Shown one piece after another: positions 7,848 to 16,386 of a stretch of 33,979 bases of DNA; positions within the stretch are counted from its first letter, which is position 1; every line of letters begins with the position of its first letter. Below the pieces are notes generated by a model that searched no databases, had not been told where the DNA came from, and was given only the letters and a program-made list of their open reading frames with translations. The position numbers were made by a program, and so were the translations under genes. This stretch comes from an uncultured Candidatus Saccharibacteria bacterium (GTDB lineage Bacteria; Patescibacteriota; Minisyncoccia; Phycocordibacterales; JAACPR01). Where the stretch lies: positions 1 to 33,979 of the forward strand of contig CAYLNC010000003.1 in NCBI GenBank assembly GCA_964385145.1, given 5' to 3'.

Positions 7848-8459
7848 ATGAAAGTTATTTTTGTAGATACAGAAACAGGAGGAATAGATCCTAATAAGGT
7901 AAGTATTCTTACCTTTAATGCTTTAGTATGTGAATTTAAAGAGTCTGGTTCTTTTAAGATACTAGATAGTCTTAATCTTAAACTAAAACCAGATGATGGT
8001 TGCTATCATGTCAATGCTGAGGCACTAGCTATTAATGGTATTGATCTAGTAGAACACAATAAAGAGGCTATTAGTATAGCTGATGGTAATCTAAAACTAT
8101 ATAGATATCTAAGAGATCATACAACTAAAGAAAGAATGGTATGTGTTGGTCAACATATTCACTTTGATCTAGAGCATATGTTTATGTCTGGCCTCATAGA
8201 AGAAAGAAAATTCTATACCTTTATGGATAAGAAAGTTATAGATATTTTAACTTTAGCTAGTATGGCTATGCTTATGGGGCTAATTCCTAGAAATCAGTCC
8301 TGTAAGCTAAAAGACTTAGCCAAGTATCTAGGTGTTCCAGTAGACGAAAAGAAATTACATGATGCTAGTTATGATAATGAATTAGCTGCAAATGTATTCT
8401 CTAAAATGTTTAAATTATTTAGAGCAGGTCAGCCAGAAATAGATAATGACTCTATTTAA
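7848..8459 (+). CDS. DEDDh (DnaQ-like) 3'-5' exonuclease
   Basis: 203-aa ORF. Exo I FVDTETGG, Exo II-like HIHFDLEHM, Exo III HDASYDNELAANVF (H-x4-D). Confidence 0.75.
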   Translation: MKVIFVDTETGGIDPNKVSILTFNALVCEFKESGSFKILDSLNLKLKPDDGCYHVNAEALAINGIDLVEHNKEAISIADGNLKLYRYLRDHTTKERMVCVGQHIHFDLEHMFMSGLIEERKFYTFMDKKVIDILTLASMAMLMGLIPRNQSCKLKDLAKYLGVPVDEKKLHDASYDNELAANVFSKMFKLFRAGQPEIDNDSI

Positions 8460-8470
8460 TTGGAGATTAT

Positions 8471-8545
8471 GGGGGTATAGTTTAATTGGGAAAACGTTGC
8501 CTTTGCAAGGCAGTGTTCGGGGTTCGAGTCCCCGTACTTCCACCA
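8471..8545 (+). tRNA. tRNA-Ala (anticodon UGC), CCA encoded, G3.U70 present
   Basis: GGGGGTA TA GTTT AATTGGG AAAC G TTGCC TTTGCAA GGCAG TGTT CGGGG TTCGAGT CCCCG TACTTCC A CCA. Confidence 0.9.
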
Positions 8546-8552
8546 AAACCTA

Positions 8553-8942
8553 ATGAAGCTACCACCTAAAACTAGACTATCTCTAAATCTTTTCCTAATT
8601 CTACTACTTCTAATCATTCATTTTATGTTTAGAGTAGTAGATGTTTCTGGTTTTAGTATGCTTCCTACCTACAGTAATGGAACCCTAACTCTAGCTACCA
8701 GATACCCCAATCTATTTGGAGGTATTGAACCTAAAAAAGATATTATTCTTTTTAAAAAGAATAATGAGTATTTTGTCAAAAGAGTAGTTTATAGTAATAC
8801 TAAAGGCTACTTTGTAGTAGGTGATAACGTTTACTATTCTTATGACTCTAGAGACTTTGGACTCGTAACAAAAGAAGAAGTTCTAGGAAAATTGGTCTTT
8901 CCCAGAAAGGCCCCTAAAAACTATCCCAACCCAGAATATTGA
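8553..8942 (+). CDS. Signal peptidase I (S26) homolog
   Basis: 129-aa ORF. N-terminal TM segment LSLNLFLILLLLIIHFMF, Ser box GFSMLPTY, Lys box FVKRVV, and GDNVYYSYDSRDFG box. Confidence 0.75.
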   Translation: MKLPPKTRLSLNLFLILLLLIIHFMFRVVDVSGFSMLPTYSNGTLTLATRYPNLFGGIEPKKDIILFKKNNEYFVKRVVYSNTKGYFVVGDNVYYSYDSRDFGLVTKEEVLGKLVFPRKAPKNYPNPEY

Positions 8943-9015
8943 GGGATCGTCTAGTTGGTAAGACCTCTGCCTTTGGAGCAGAAGACCGTAGGTTCGAGCC
9001 CTACTCCCTCAGCCA
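8940..9015 (+). tRNA. tRNA-Gln (anticodon UUG), CCA encoded
   Basis: TGAGGGA TC GTCT AGTTGGTA AGAC C TCTGC CTTTGGA GCAGA AGACC GTAGG TTCGAGC CCTAC TCCCTCA G CCA. The first 3 nt are the TGA stop of the upstream CDS. Confidence 0.9.
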
Positions 9016-9023
9016 TTTTCTAT

Positions 9024-9491
9024 ATGAGTAAACTAAAATTTAAATGTACAAAAGTAGAGTGGTACTATGAACTTAACTCTAAGTGGTTTGGTTCTTGGAA
9101 GCAAGAACTAGCTAAGCAAAAAAGAGAAGATAGAAGATATGATGGACCAGCTCATTATCTAAAGCTTGCTGAAGATACTTCTATAACAGATCAACTTCCA
9201 AAAAGAGAAGGGATTCAGTTTTGGGTAAGAAAAGGTAAAGGTTACTATGATCAGTATATCTTTATGGAAAATAAATGGTTTGTAACAAAAGAACCACAAA
9301 CTGGAGTGTATGAATTTAGAATGAACGTTAAGCAGAAAATTGCTGATATAGTTCTAGAGACTCCTACTAAGATTTTAAGAGCTCCCTATGCAAAACTTAA
9401 GGCTTTTCTAGAAGTAGAAAAGTCTGTAAGAAGAGTAGTTAGAGATACTAATCTACATACTCTCAAATCCAACCGACGACCCGCCAAATGA
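9024..9491 (+). CDS. Hypothetical protein
   Basis: The track ORF 8955..9491 begins inside tRNA-Gln. Start trimmed to the internal ATG (MSKLKFKCTK...), 8 nt after the tRNA CCA. Confidence 0.6.
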   Translation: MSKLKFKCTKVEWYYELNSKWFGSWKQELAKQKREDRRYDGPAHYLKLAEDTSITDQLPKREGIQFWVRKGKGYYDQYIFMENKWFVTKEPQTGVYEFRMNVKQKIADIVLETPTKILRAPYAKLKAFLEVEKSVRRVVRDTNLHTLKSNRRPAK

Positions 9492-9883
9492 GTAAAACAT
9501 ACTTTAAACTACGTAATGACCGTGGTAATATAACTTTTACAAGATTTGCAGGAGGTCCGTATGGTCGAAGCCTTCAAATTACTGTAGGTAAGGCCTATAA
9601 CTTCAAACCAGATATACTATCGAATTTCATGTGCCATATGTGTATTACTAAAGATGAGGCAAAGGAACTACGAGACGCATTGACACAATTTATATCTGGA
9701 GATACTTCAGATTCGTGTCGCACAAGCTATGTAGACCATAGATCAGAGAAAGTAAGAAAGATAGAAGATACTCCAGAAGGATGCTGCCCAGATTGTCATT
9801 CACATCTTGATGGATGCTACTGTCATAGCTGCCAAGCTAGTACAAAATATAAATACTATGAGCAAACTAAAAGTATATCTTGA
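9488..9883 (+). CDS. Hypothetical protein with C-terminal Cys/His-rich (zinc-binding-like) cluster
   Basis: 131-aa ORF with ATGA overlap to the upstream ORF. Contains CCPDCHSHLDGCYCHSC. Confidence 0.6.
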   Translation: MSKTYFKLRNDRGNITFTRFAGGPYGRSLQITVGKAYNFKPDILSNFMCHMCITKDEAKELRDALTQFISGDTSDSCRTSYVDHRSEKVRKIEDTPEGCCPDCHSHLDGCYCHSCQASTKYKYYEQTKSIS

Positions 9884-10412
9884 TCTAGACGGTGTCACTG
9901 TTAACTGGCTGGGTCCTGTTTTGAAACTTCTTAATCTAGATGAAAATGATCCTAAGTTAAGAGCTATTTTAAAGAGCACTAATGACTGGATTCCAAAAGA
10001 ACTAGTTCCTGAGATTGTTAATGTTCCTAAGGTTGTTGGAAAGGCTGGTTACAATTTTTGGGCTTTTCTCCCTACCTTTCCTTGGAGCCAGAAACTAGTA
10101 GAGATTTGCTCTAAGTATGATCTTTATTTTCTATCTTCTCCTAGCAACTTTCCAGTTGCAGCGCATGCCAAAATTAATTATGTAAAGAAAACTTTTGGCA
10201 ATCATAAAGTTATCATCACTGAACACAAATATGCATGTTCGGGCCCTAATAAAATCCTTATAGATGATCTAGAGTTGAATATCTCTAAATGGAGAGATGC
10301 AGAAGGGATAGGTTATCTATGGCCCAACATGTGGAAACTTCTTGATGGAGATGAAGAAGTTCCTTTAGAAGAGCTTTCAATATTACTTGATGAACTAGAT
10401 AAGAGGCTATAA
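9858..10412 (+). CDS. HAD-superfamily 5'(3')-deoxyribonucleotidase-like protein
   Basis: Start trimmed to MSKLKVYLDLDGVTVNW. DLDGV is HAD motif I at the N-terminus, as in NT5C-type enzymes. Confidence 0.55.
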   Translation: MSKLKVYLDLDGVTVNWLGPVLKLLNLDENDPKLRAILKSTNDWIPKELVPEIVNVPKVVGKAGYNFWAFLPTFPWSQKLVEICSKYDLYFLSSPSNFPVAAHAKINYVKKTFGNHKVIITEHKYACSGPNKILIDDLELNISKWRDAEGIGYLWPNMWKLLDGDEEVPLEELSILLDELDKRL

Positions 10413-10949
10413 ATGAATTTAGAGACAATTAAAAGCTGGCTATCCTTTAGAAATAGAACTAAACCAATTACAACCGTTGTACTACATGCTACTGCTGGAT
10501 CCACTGCAGTAGGGGCTATTAGTACACTTGTGCAGAAGCAACTATCTTATCACTACATAATTGAAGACCAAAGAGAAACTGATGGTAAAGTTATAAAATG
10601 TGTTCCCTATAATAAGGTTGCTTTTCATGCTGGAAAGAGTAAAGGCCCCGATGGCCCTAACGTTAATGAGTATTCTATAGGAATCTCTTTTGTAAATAGC
10701 AATACTGGAAATGATCCATACTCCCAGAAGCAGTATAATGCTGCTCTTGAGCTTTTAACAGAACTATTTAAGGCTATTCCTACTCTTAGCTACCTAACAA
10801 CCCACTATTGGGTAAGTCCCCTAAGAAAATCAGATCCAAGAGGATTTCCAGTTGATAAGCTAGCTAGAGATGTTAGTGCTTTAGTTGGAAGAACAGTAAC
10901 TATCTGGAATGATGGTAGGGGAATTCTTCCTGGCGAAGGAATAAAGTAA
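10413..10949 (+). CDS. N-acetylmuramoyl-L-alanine amidase (Amidase_2/PGRP, T7-lysozyme type) endolysin
   Basis: 178-aa ORF. Motifs VVLHATAG, YHYII, AFHAGKS, YSIGISF and THYWVSPLRKSDP. Confidence 0.8.
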   Translation: MNLETIKSWLSFRNRTKPITTVVLHATAGSTAVGAISTLVQKQLSYHYIIEDQRETDGKVIKCVPYNKVAFHAGKSKGPDGPNVNEYSIGISFVNSNTGNDPYSQKQYNAALELLTELFKAIPTLSYLTTHYWVSPLRKSDPRGFPVDKLARDVSALVGRTVTIWNDGRGILPGEGIK

Positions 10950-10955
10950 GATTAC

Positions 10956-11426
10956 ATGAATGGTAAAAGGTATATAAATTATGACCTTGTTTGGGAGACA
11001 TTTGACTGGTCACAGAAATGGGCTCCACGATCTAGTGTATTTGTAAATAGGAGTGCGGGCTATAGTAAAATAAATCAAGCATGTCTAGAGGTATTAAATA
11101 AAACTGTTCGCATAGATTTAGTTTTAAAAGACGATTTAGACCAATTTAATTCTCCAGAATATGCCCTTTTAGGGAAACTATATGACGCGTCCTTTTTCAA
11201 AGATGGGACTGTTTACTTTTTTCCAAAGAAATCTTATGCTAGGGTTGCTAATTTCGTTGTTTCTAGGGCAAAATATAAGCGTAAATCCTTTATCATATCA
11301 GAACTATGCCTAGATGAAGGAGGAACGATTTTTGGTATTTTTAAAAGAGAAAAACAATTTAGGCTAAAAACAGTTATATATTGGAAAAAGAATAAAACGT
11401 ATATCTTTAAGGAGCCCTCTAAATGA
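10956..11426 (+). CDS. Hypothetical protein
   Basis: 156-aa ORF in the co-directional gene train. No motif recognised. Confidence 0.55.
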   Translation: MNGKRYINYDLVWETFDWSQKWAPRSSVFVNRSAGYSKINQACLEVLNKTVRIDLVLKDDLDQFNSPEYALLGKLYDASFFKDGTVYFFPKKSYARVANFVVSRAKYKRKSFIISELCLDEGGTIFGIFKREKQFRLKTVIYWKKNKTYIFKEPSK

Positions 11427-11776
11427 CAGCTCGTGCCTATCTAAAAAGTCAAAACTTTAAGAAAACAAAGTATCAAGATACTTATTCTTATACTGATAAT
11501 GATATTAAGATTACTGTCTTCTATAGGAAAAGTGGAACCAAGACATCTCTTATTGAAGTAGAGCTTAAAGATAAGGTATTTCAATATAGCAGTCCTAGTG
11601 ATGATTATCTTATAAAAGATATAAAGAGCCTTTTGGCTAAAAACCTATATAAGATTACTTTTACTGTAGTAACCCATGAAATGCTTTCAGAATATTGGAA
11701 GTACAAAGATATTAAAGAGTTATTTAAGGTAAAGGACCTAGCTTTTGAATTTACAAAGACAGAGGAAAAAGTATGA
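11423..11776 (+). CDS. Hypothetical protein
   Basis: 117-aa ORF with 4-nt overlaps at both ends. Confidence 0.55.
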   Translation: MTARAYLKSQNFKKTKYQDTYSYTDNDIKITVFYRKSGTKTSLIEVELKDKVFQYSSPSDDYLIKDIKSLLAKNLYKITFTVVTHEMLSEYWKYKDIKELFKVKDLAFEFTKTEEKV

Positions 11777-12945
11777 TTAAGAAGACTCTATACCATAAGG
11801 GTAAACAAGGAGAACTCCGAGTTTGGTCTGTATGGACCGAAGGTAATGAAGTAGTTACTGAGTATGGAACTCTAGATGGAGTTATGCAACAAGCTAGATA
11901 CAAAGCTACTCCTAAAAATCAGGGTAGATCTAATGCTACAACTGCAGAGCAACAAGCTAGTCTAGAAGCAGAATCTCTCTATAAGTTTAAGCTAGATAGA
12001 AAATATTCTACCACCCCAGAAGAAGCTAAAGAGCCCCTTCTTTTACCGATGTTAGCAAAAGATGATTTGAAGAAACTTAAGTTTCCCTGTTATGTGCAAC
12101 CTAAGCTAGATGGAGTTAGATGCTTAGCTTTTTGGGAAGGCGATAGGATTAAGCTTATTTCTAGGGCCGGGAAGGAATGGACTGTTCCTAAGCATATTAA
12201 TGAGCAGGTAGCTAAAGTTCTTCCTAAAGATTCTATGTTTGATGGTGAGCTTTACATTCATGGTAAATCCTGTCAAACTATTACTTCATACGTTAAGAAG
12301 TGGAGAGAAGTAGAAACTCCATTGGTTGAGTATCATATTTATGATATGCCAATAGTTGATGGAAAAGATGACCTACCTTTTGAATCAAGATGTAATGCTT
12401 TAAGCTTTATGGATAGAGAAGATGGCCACCCTACTTCAGGAGTGTATGAACTTGATAAAGCTTGGGAAGAGATGATAGAAGCAATTCCTAACCTAAAGCT
12501 TGTTGAAACTGGTATAGTTAATTCGTTAGAAGAAGTTAAAGCTTTTGAATCAAAAATAGTAACTGAAGGGTATGAAGGTACCATTGCTAGAAATGCTAAT
12601 GGTCTATATCTCTTTGGCTATCGTTCTTCTGATCTAATTAAGATTAAGACCTTCAAAGATGCTGAATTTGAAGTTGTAGACTGTCGAGACGGAATAGGAA
12701 AGTTTGAAGGTTGTGCAGTATTTATCTGCAAGAATGACCTTAACGATTTAACATTTGAATGCACCATGGCTACCTCTATGGAGGAGCGTGCTATAATGTT
12801 TAAAAATAAGAACCAATATATTGGTCAAAAGTTAACAGTTAAGTTCTTTGATAGAACTGATGATCTATTGCCTCGGTTTCCCGTAGGCAAGCTATTTAGA
12901 GCAAACGAGGATATTGATGGAATATCGAGTAAAATACAAACCTAA
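11773..12945 (+). CDS. ATP-dependent DNA ligase with about 100-aa N-terminal extension
   Basis: 390-aa ORF. Motif I QPKLDGVR, motif III DGELY, motif IV EGTIAR, motif V LIKIK. C-terminal OB-like region (KLTVKFF...FP). Confidence 0.85.
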   Translation: MIKKTLYHKGKQGELRVWSVWTEGNEVVTEYGTLDGVMQQARYKATPKNQGRSNATTAEQQASLEAESLYKFKLDRKYSTTPEEAKEPLLLPMLAKDDLKKLKFPCYVQPKLDGVRCLAFWEGDRIKLISRAGKEWTVPKHINEQVAKVLPKDSMFDGELYIHGKSCQTITSYVKKWREVETPLVEYHIYDMPIVDGKDDLPFESRCNALSFMDREDGHPTSGVYELDKAWEEMIEAIPNLKLVETGIVNSLEEVKAFESKIVTEGYEGTIARNANGLYLFGYRSSDLIKIKTFKDAEFEVVDCRDGIGKFEGCAVFICKNDLNDLTFECTMATSMEERAIMFKNKNQYIGQKLTVKFFDRTDDLLPRFPVGKLFRANEDIDGISSKIQT

Positions 12946-13483
12946 TGATAGATATTTAACCAGAAGATATAATTATGGTTACTTTGGTAATTTAGCTTTT
13001 TCAGAGAAAGATAACGCTCCAGAAGGATTCCAAGATCCTATCTTTAATAGGGAGTGGGTAGCTAGAAACTTTATAAAGAACATTATAATGATTAACGATC
13101 CAGCTACAAGAAAGTATCTAGCAGAAAACCTCTATATAGAGAGAACTAATGAAGATAATAGTATCTCTAAAAAAGAAGCTAGGATTAGAAAACACAATAT
13201 CTCTTTTCAACGGGAATGGGATAAAAACTGGTCAGTACCTATTAGATGTAAGTATCATAAATGGGTAACTATTGAGAGTACTAGATACTATCCCTATAGA
13301 GGTAATATTCTTACAAAATTTGGAGATAATTACTATCAAGTATACCTACAACATATAAGCCCACGTCGTAGATACTATACTACCTCTAGTAAGGGTGAAT
13401 TTGATATTGAAATTAAAAAGGTTTCCATGAGTCCAGTTCAAGAGGGCTATAATAGTTCATTTAAGAAAACCTATGAACTCTAG
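12914..13483 (+). CDS. Hypothetical protein
   Basis: 189-aa ORF overlapping the end of the ligase gene by 32 nt. The start is uncertain. Confidence 0.5.
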   Translation: MMEYRVKYKPNDRYLTRRYNYGYFGNLAFSEKDNAPEGFQDPIFNREWVARNFIKNIIMINDPATRKYLAENLYIERTNEDNSISKKEARIRKHNISFQREWDKNWSVPIRCKYHKWVTIESTRYYPYRGNILTKFGDNYYQVYLQHISPRRRYYTTSSKGEFDIEIKKVSMSPVQEGYNSSFKKTYEL

Positions 13484-13489
13484 TTTTAA

Positions 13490-13579
13490 GGAGAAGTGCC
13501 AGAGAGGATGATTGGGTCTGTCTTGAAAACAGATAATCAGATAACTGATTCGTGGGTTCGAATCCTACCTTCTCCCCCA
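13490..13579 (+). tRNA. tRNA-Ser (anticodon UGA), class II, CCA encoded
   Basis: GGAGAAG TG CCA..TGG G TCTGT CTTGAAA ACAGA, a long variable arm (TAATCAGATAACTGATTC), then GTGGG TTCGAAT CCTAC CTTCTCC C CCA. Confidence 0.88.
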
Positions 13580-13594
13580 CTAACTATATAAGTT

Positions 13595-13909
13595 ATGAGT
13601 ATTGATTTTAAAACTCTTTGTTCTATTAAGAATTATAGCTTAATAAAGGAAGTAGTAGGAAATCCTTATAGAGTATTTAGAAAGTTCTATAGCATTGAGG
13701 ATATAAATATTAAGATAATAAAGACAGCTAGTTCCTTTAGCCCACGAGTTTATATAACTGCCCATAATTTGGAGTGTCCTAAAGATTTACGGGTTACAGT
13801 ATGCTTGGGAGTTCGTCAAAACGTTAATTTTTCATTTTATGAAATGCGGCAAGATGTTCCTATGAGACACAAATTCCACTATCTAAAATATTTACTTTTA
13901 GAAAAATGA
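13595..13909 (+). CDS. Hypothetical protein
   Basis: 104-aa ORF starting 15 nt after the tRNA-Ser CCA. No SD. Confidence 0.5.
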   Translation: MSIDFKTLCSIKNYSLIKEVVGNPYRVFRKFYSIEDINIKIIKTASSFSPRVYITAHNLECPKDLRVTVCLGVRQNVNFSFYEMRQDVPMRHKFHYLKYLLLEK

Positions 13910-14040
13910 AAAAGAAACCAAAGACTCATTTAGGTTCTATTATGAGAAAAGCTAAAGTTCATACGAATGAAGATAAGCGACTATATAATAGACGTAAAAG
14001 AAAGAAGCTTACTAAAAAAGAAATAGAAGATGCTGAATAG
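13906..14040 (+). CDS. Small highly basic hypothetical protein (44 aa)
   Basis: Not in the ORF track because it is under 60 aa. ATGA overlap with the upstream ORF. Sequence MKKKPKTHLGSIMRKAKVHTNEDKRLYNRRKRKKLTKKEIEDAE. The last base of its stop codon is base 1 of tRNA-Ser(GCU). Confidence 0.4.
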   Translation: MKKKPKTHLGSIMRKAKVHTNEDKRLYNRRKRKKLTKKEIEDAE

Positions 14041-14127
14041 GAGCGTTGCCAGAGAGGACTATTGGGGCAACCTGCTAAGTTGTTGGGCTATACAGTCCCA
14101 GAGGTTCGAATCCTCTACGCTCCTCCA
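14040..14127 (+). tRNA. tRNA-Ser (anticodon GCU), class II, CCA encoded
   Basis: GGAGCGT TG CCA..TGG G GCAAC CTGCTAA GTTGT, variable arm TGGGCTATACAGTCCCA, then AGAGG TTCGAAT CCTCT ACGCTCC T CCA. Confidence 0.85.
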
Positions 14128-14252
14128 TTTTTAAAGAAAGTTTGGTAATATAAGATTATATATTACTTTTTATTAAAATAAATATATTATACTATTAAAT
14201 TATTTTTATATTTCAAAAGCATCATGCAAAAGCAATTTTCTCTATTAAGAGT
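14128..14252 (+). promoter_or_regulatory. Longest, extremely AT-rich intergenic spacer; probable promoter/leader of the IF3-Ro60 operon
   Basis: 125 bp that is almost entirely A/T, in an otherwise tightly packed genome. I could not confidently assign -35/-10 boxes. Confidence 0.35.
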
Positions 14253-14747
14253 ATGAATATCAATTCGATTAAAAATGAAAAATGTCTAGTCTATTCAGAA
14301 GTTATTCTAATAGATAATGAAGGAAAAAATCTAGGTAAAGTTAAGACTAGAGAGGCCCTAAAGATGGCTAAAGGTCTTAGTCTTGATCTAGTAATTGTTG
14401 ATCCTACTAGAGAAGTACCTATTAGCAAGATGCTTGATTACGGAAAATATCAATACGAGATGAGCCGTAAGAAGCAGCCAAAAGCTAAGGAACTAAAGTG
14501 TATTACTCTTAGACCAGTAACAGGTCCCCATGACCTAGATACTAAGATAAAACACATTAGAAAGTTTCTTGAAGAAGGTCATAAGGTCAAACTTGAATGT
14601 AAGTTTAAGAGACCAGAACTCGCCCATCCTGATCTAGGGAAAGAGAAACTAGAGTATATAGTTTCTGCTCTAGATAAACTTGCCAAACCAGATAAAGATA
14701 TTACCTTAGAAGGTCGCTCTATGTTTTGTATTTTAGCGCCGCTCTAA
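14253..14747 (+). CDS. infC: Translation initiation factor IF-3 homolog
   Basis: 164-aa ORF that aligns by eye along the full length of bacterial IF3. N-domain: VILIDNEGKNLGKVKTREALKMAKGLSLDLVIV...MLDYGKYQYE. Lys-rich linker. C-domain: ITLRPVTGPHDLDTKIKHIRKFLEEGHKVKL...GRSMFCILAP. Confidence 0.9.
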   Translation: MNINSIKNEKCLVYSEVILIDNEGKNLGKVKTREALKMAKGLSLDLVIVDPTREVPISKMLDYGKYQYEMSRKKQPKAKELKCITLRPVTGPHDLDTKIKHIRKFLEEGHKVKLECKFKRPELAHPDLGKEKLEYIVSALDKLAKPDKDITLEGRSMFCILAPL

Positions 14748-14761
14748 GGGTCGGAGAAAAA

Positions 14762-16333
14762 ATGAATTACGGAAAATATTCTAATCCTACTAAAATTCCT
14801 CAGTCTCAGCCTATTCCTGGTAAGAATATGAAGAAGAACAATGCAGGAGGGTATAGTTTTACTGTCTCTCCTTGGCAGTTTTTGACCAGATTTCTTATCC
14901 TGGGAACAGAGGGAGGTAGCTATTACTTAAGTGAGCAGAAACTTACTCTTGGAGCACTCTCTAATCTTCAACACTGTATTCAGGAAGATGGAGTAAGGGT
15001 CGTTAATGAGATCGTTCAGATTTCAGATGAGGGTCGAGCAGTTAAAAATGATCCTGCCATCTTTGCACTTGCTGCAGTAGTTAAGTTAGGAAATGACGAT
15101 GCAAGAAAGGCTGCTTATGCAGCTCTTCCTAAGGTATGTAGAATTGGGACCCATCTCTTTACTTTTGCAGAAGCCCTAAAAGATCTGCAGAAGGGCTGGG
15201 GCCGTGGTCTTAAGACTGCTGTTAGTAAGTGGTATTTAGATAAGTCTGCTGATAAGCTTGCTTATCAAGTAGTTAAGTATCAACAGAGAAATGGCTGGTC
15301 CAATAGAGATCTTTTAAGGCTCTCGCACCCAATTAGTAAGGATGCTACCCTAAATGCAGTCTTTAAGTGGATTGTAGATGGTACTGTTTCTGAGGAACTA
15401 CCTAAGGTAATTGAAGGTTTTGAGCTTGCTAAGAAGGCTACTTCTGCAAAGCAAATTATTAAGCTAATTAATGATTATGATTTGCCTAGAGAAGCTATTC
15501 CTACTACGTATCTTAATGATGCTACAGTTTGGGCGGCCCTTCTTCCTAAAATGCCCTATACTGCTCTTATGAGAAATTTGGGCAACCTCTCTAAGCACAA
15601 CCTACTTAAGCCTCTTAGTAGCGAAAGTAAAATGGTAATTGATAAGCTTACTAATGAGGACAATATTAAGGCTGCTAGAGTTCACCCTATTAGTATTCTT
15701 ATTGCTATGAAGCAGTATGCCTCTGGACGCGGCTTAAAGGGTAGTGGTAGTTGGTCTGCTGATCCTAATGTAACCTCTGCTCTAGAAGATGCCTTCTATA
15801 AAGCCTTTAAGTATATTGAGCCTACAAATCTTAATTATCTTTTAGGAATTGATATATCTGGGTCTATGTCCTATTCAAGAAATGGTGTTCTTACTGCAGC
15901 AGAGTGTGCAGCTGCAATAGCTATGTCTATTGTTAAGTCTGAAAAGCATACTTATACTATGGGATTTAGTACTAACTTTATTCATCTTGGGATCAACAAA
16001 AATCAAAGTCTAAAGAATGTTTTAAAGACTACTACCAATAGGACGTTTGGTGGTACTGATTGTGCTCTTCCTATGGAATATGCCCTACAGAATAAGCTAG
16101 ATGTAGATGTCTTTATTGTTATTACCGACAATGAGACATGGGCAGGTAATATTCATCCGAGTGAGGCACTAAAGCAATATAATAAGGCCATGAATAAGAA
16201 AGCCAAGCTAATTGTCTTGGCTACTGACGCTACTAGCTTTACAATTGCAGAGCCTGGTAATCCTCTAATGCTTGACATTGCTGGTTTCGATGCTAGTGTG
16301 CCTGCGGCAATAGCCGAATTTGCTAAGATGTAA
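14762..16333 (+). CDS. rsr: Ro60-related protein (Rsr): TROVE domain plus C-terminal vWA domain
   Basis: Start trimmed to MNYGKYS (GGAG upstream). TROVE-like blocks: YSFTVSPWQFLTRFLILGTEGGSYY and VVKYQQRNGWSNRDLLRLSHP. vWA MIDAS motif GIDISGSMS, and later ITDNETW. Confidence 0.85.
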   Translation: MNYGKYSNPTKIPQSQPIPGKNMKKNNAGGYSFTVSPWQFLTRFLILGTEGGSYYLSEQKLTLGALSNLQHCIQEDGVRVVNEIVQISDEGRAVKNDPAIFALAAVVKLGNDDARKAAYAALPKVCRIGTHLFTFAEALKDLQKGWGRGLKTAVSKWYLDKSADKLAYQVVKYQQRNGWSNRDLLRLSHPISKDATLNAVFKWIVDGTVSEELPKVIEGFELAKKATSAKQIIKLINDYDLPREAIPTTYLNDATVWAALLPKMPYTALMRNLGNLSKHNLLKPLSSESKMVIDKLTNEDNIKAARVHPISILIAMKQYASGRGLKGSGSWSADPNVTSALEDAFYKAFKYIEPTNLNYLLGIDISGSMSYSRNGVLTAAECAAAIAMSIVKSEKHTYTMGFSTNFIHLGINKNQSLKNVLKTTTNRTFGGTDCALPMEYALQNKLDVDVFIVITDNETWAGNIHPSEALKQYNKAMNKKAKLIVLATDATSFTIAEPGNPLMLDIAGFDASVPAAIAEFAKM

Positions 16334-16349
16334 GCATTAGTCATTTAGG

Positions 16350-16386
16350 GGAGAACCTCTATTTGGTTATGCCAAAGAGGTTCTCC
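16350..16386 (+). terminator. 11-bp perfect hairpin after rsr; its loop contains the next gene's ATG (terminator and/or translational control)
   Basis: GGAGAACCTCT (16350-16360) pairs with AGAGGTTCTCC (16376-16386), 15-nt loop, followed by TTTA. Confidence 0.45.

Noticed and set aside
8955-9023. N-terminal 23 codons of track ORF 8955..9491
   Set aside because: This stretch lies inside tRNA-Gln. The start was trimmed to the ATG at 9024.
14128-14252. Attempt to assign specific -35/-10 promoter hexamers, or a second Y RNA next to rsr
   Set aside because: The spacer is so A/T-rich that many TATAAT-like hexamers occur, and none has a convincing -35 partner at 16-18 bp. No GAGCCGA/ACTTG helix or T-arm motif is present.
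14726-14761. Upstream extension of the Ro60 ORF, and the similar extensions at 9807, 28446 and 30719
   Set aside because: The extensions overlap the preceding genes and lack an SD. Internal ATGs with an SD or stop-start coupling give the conserved N-termini.
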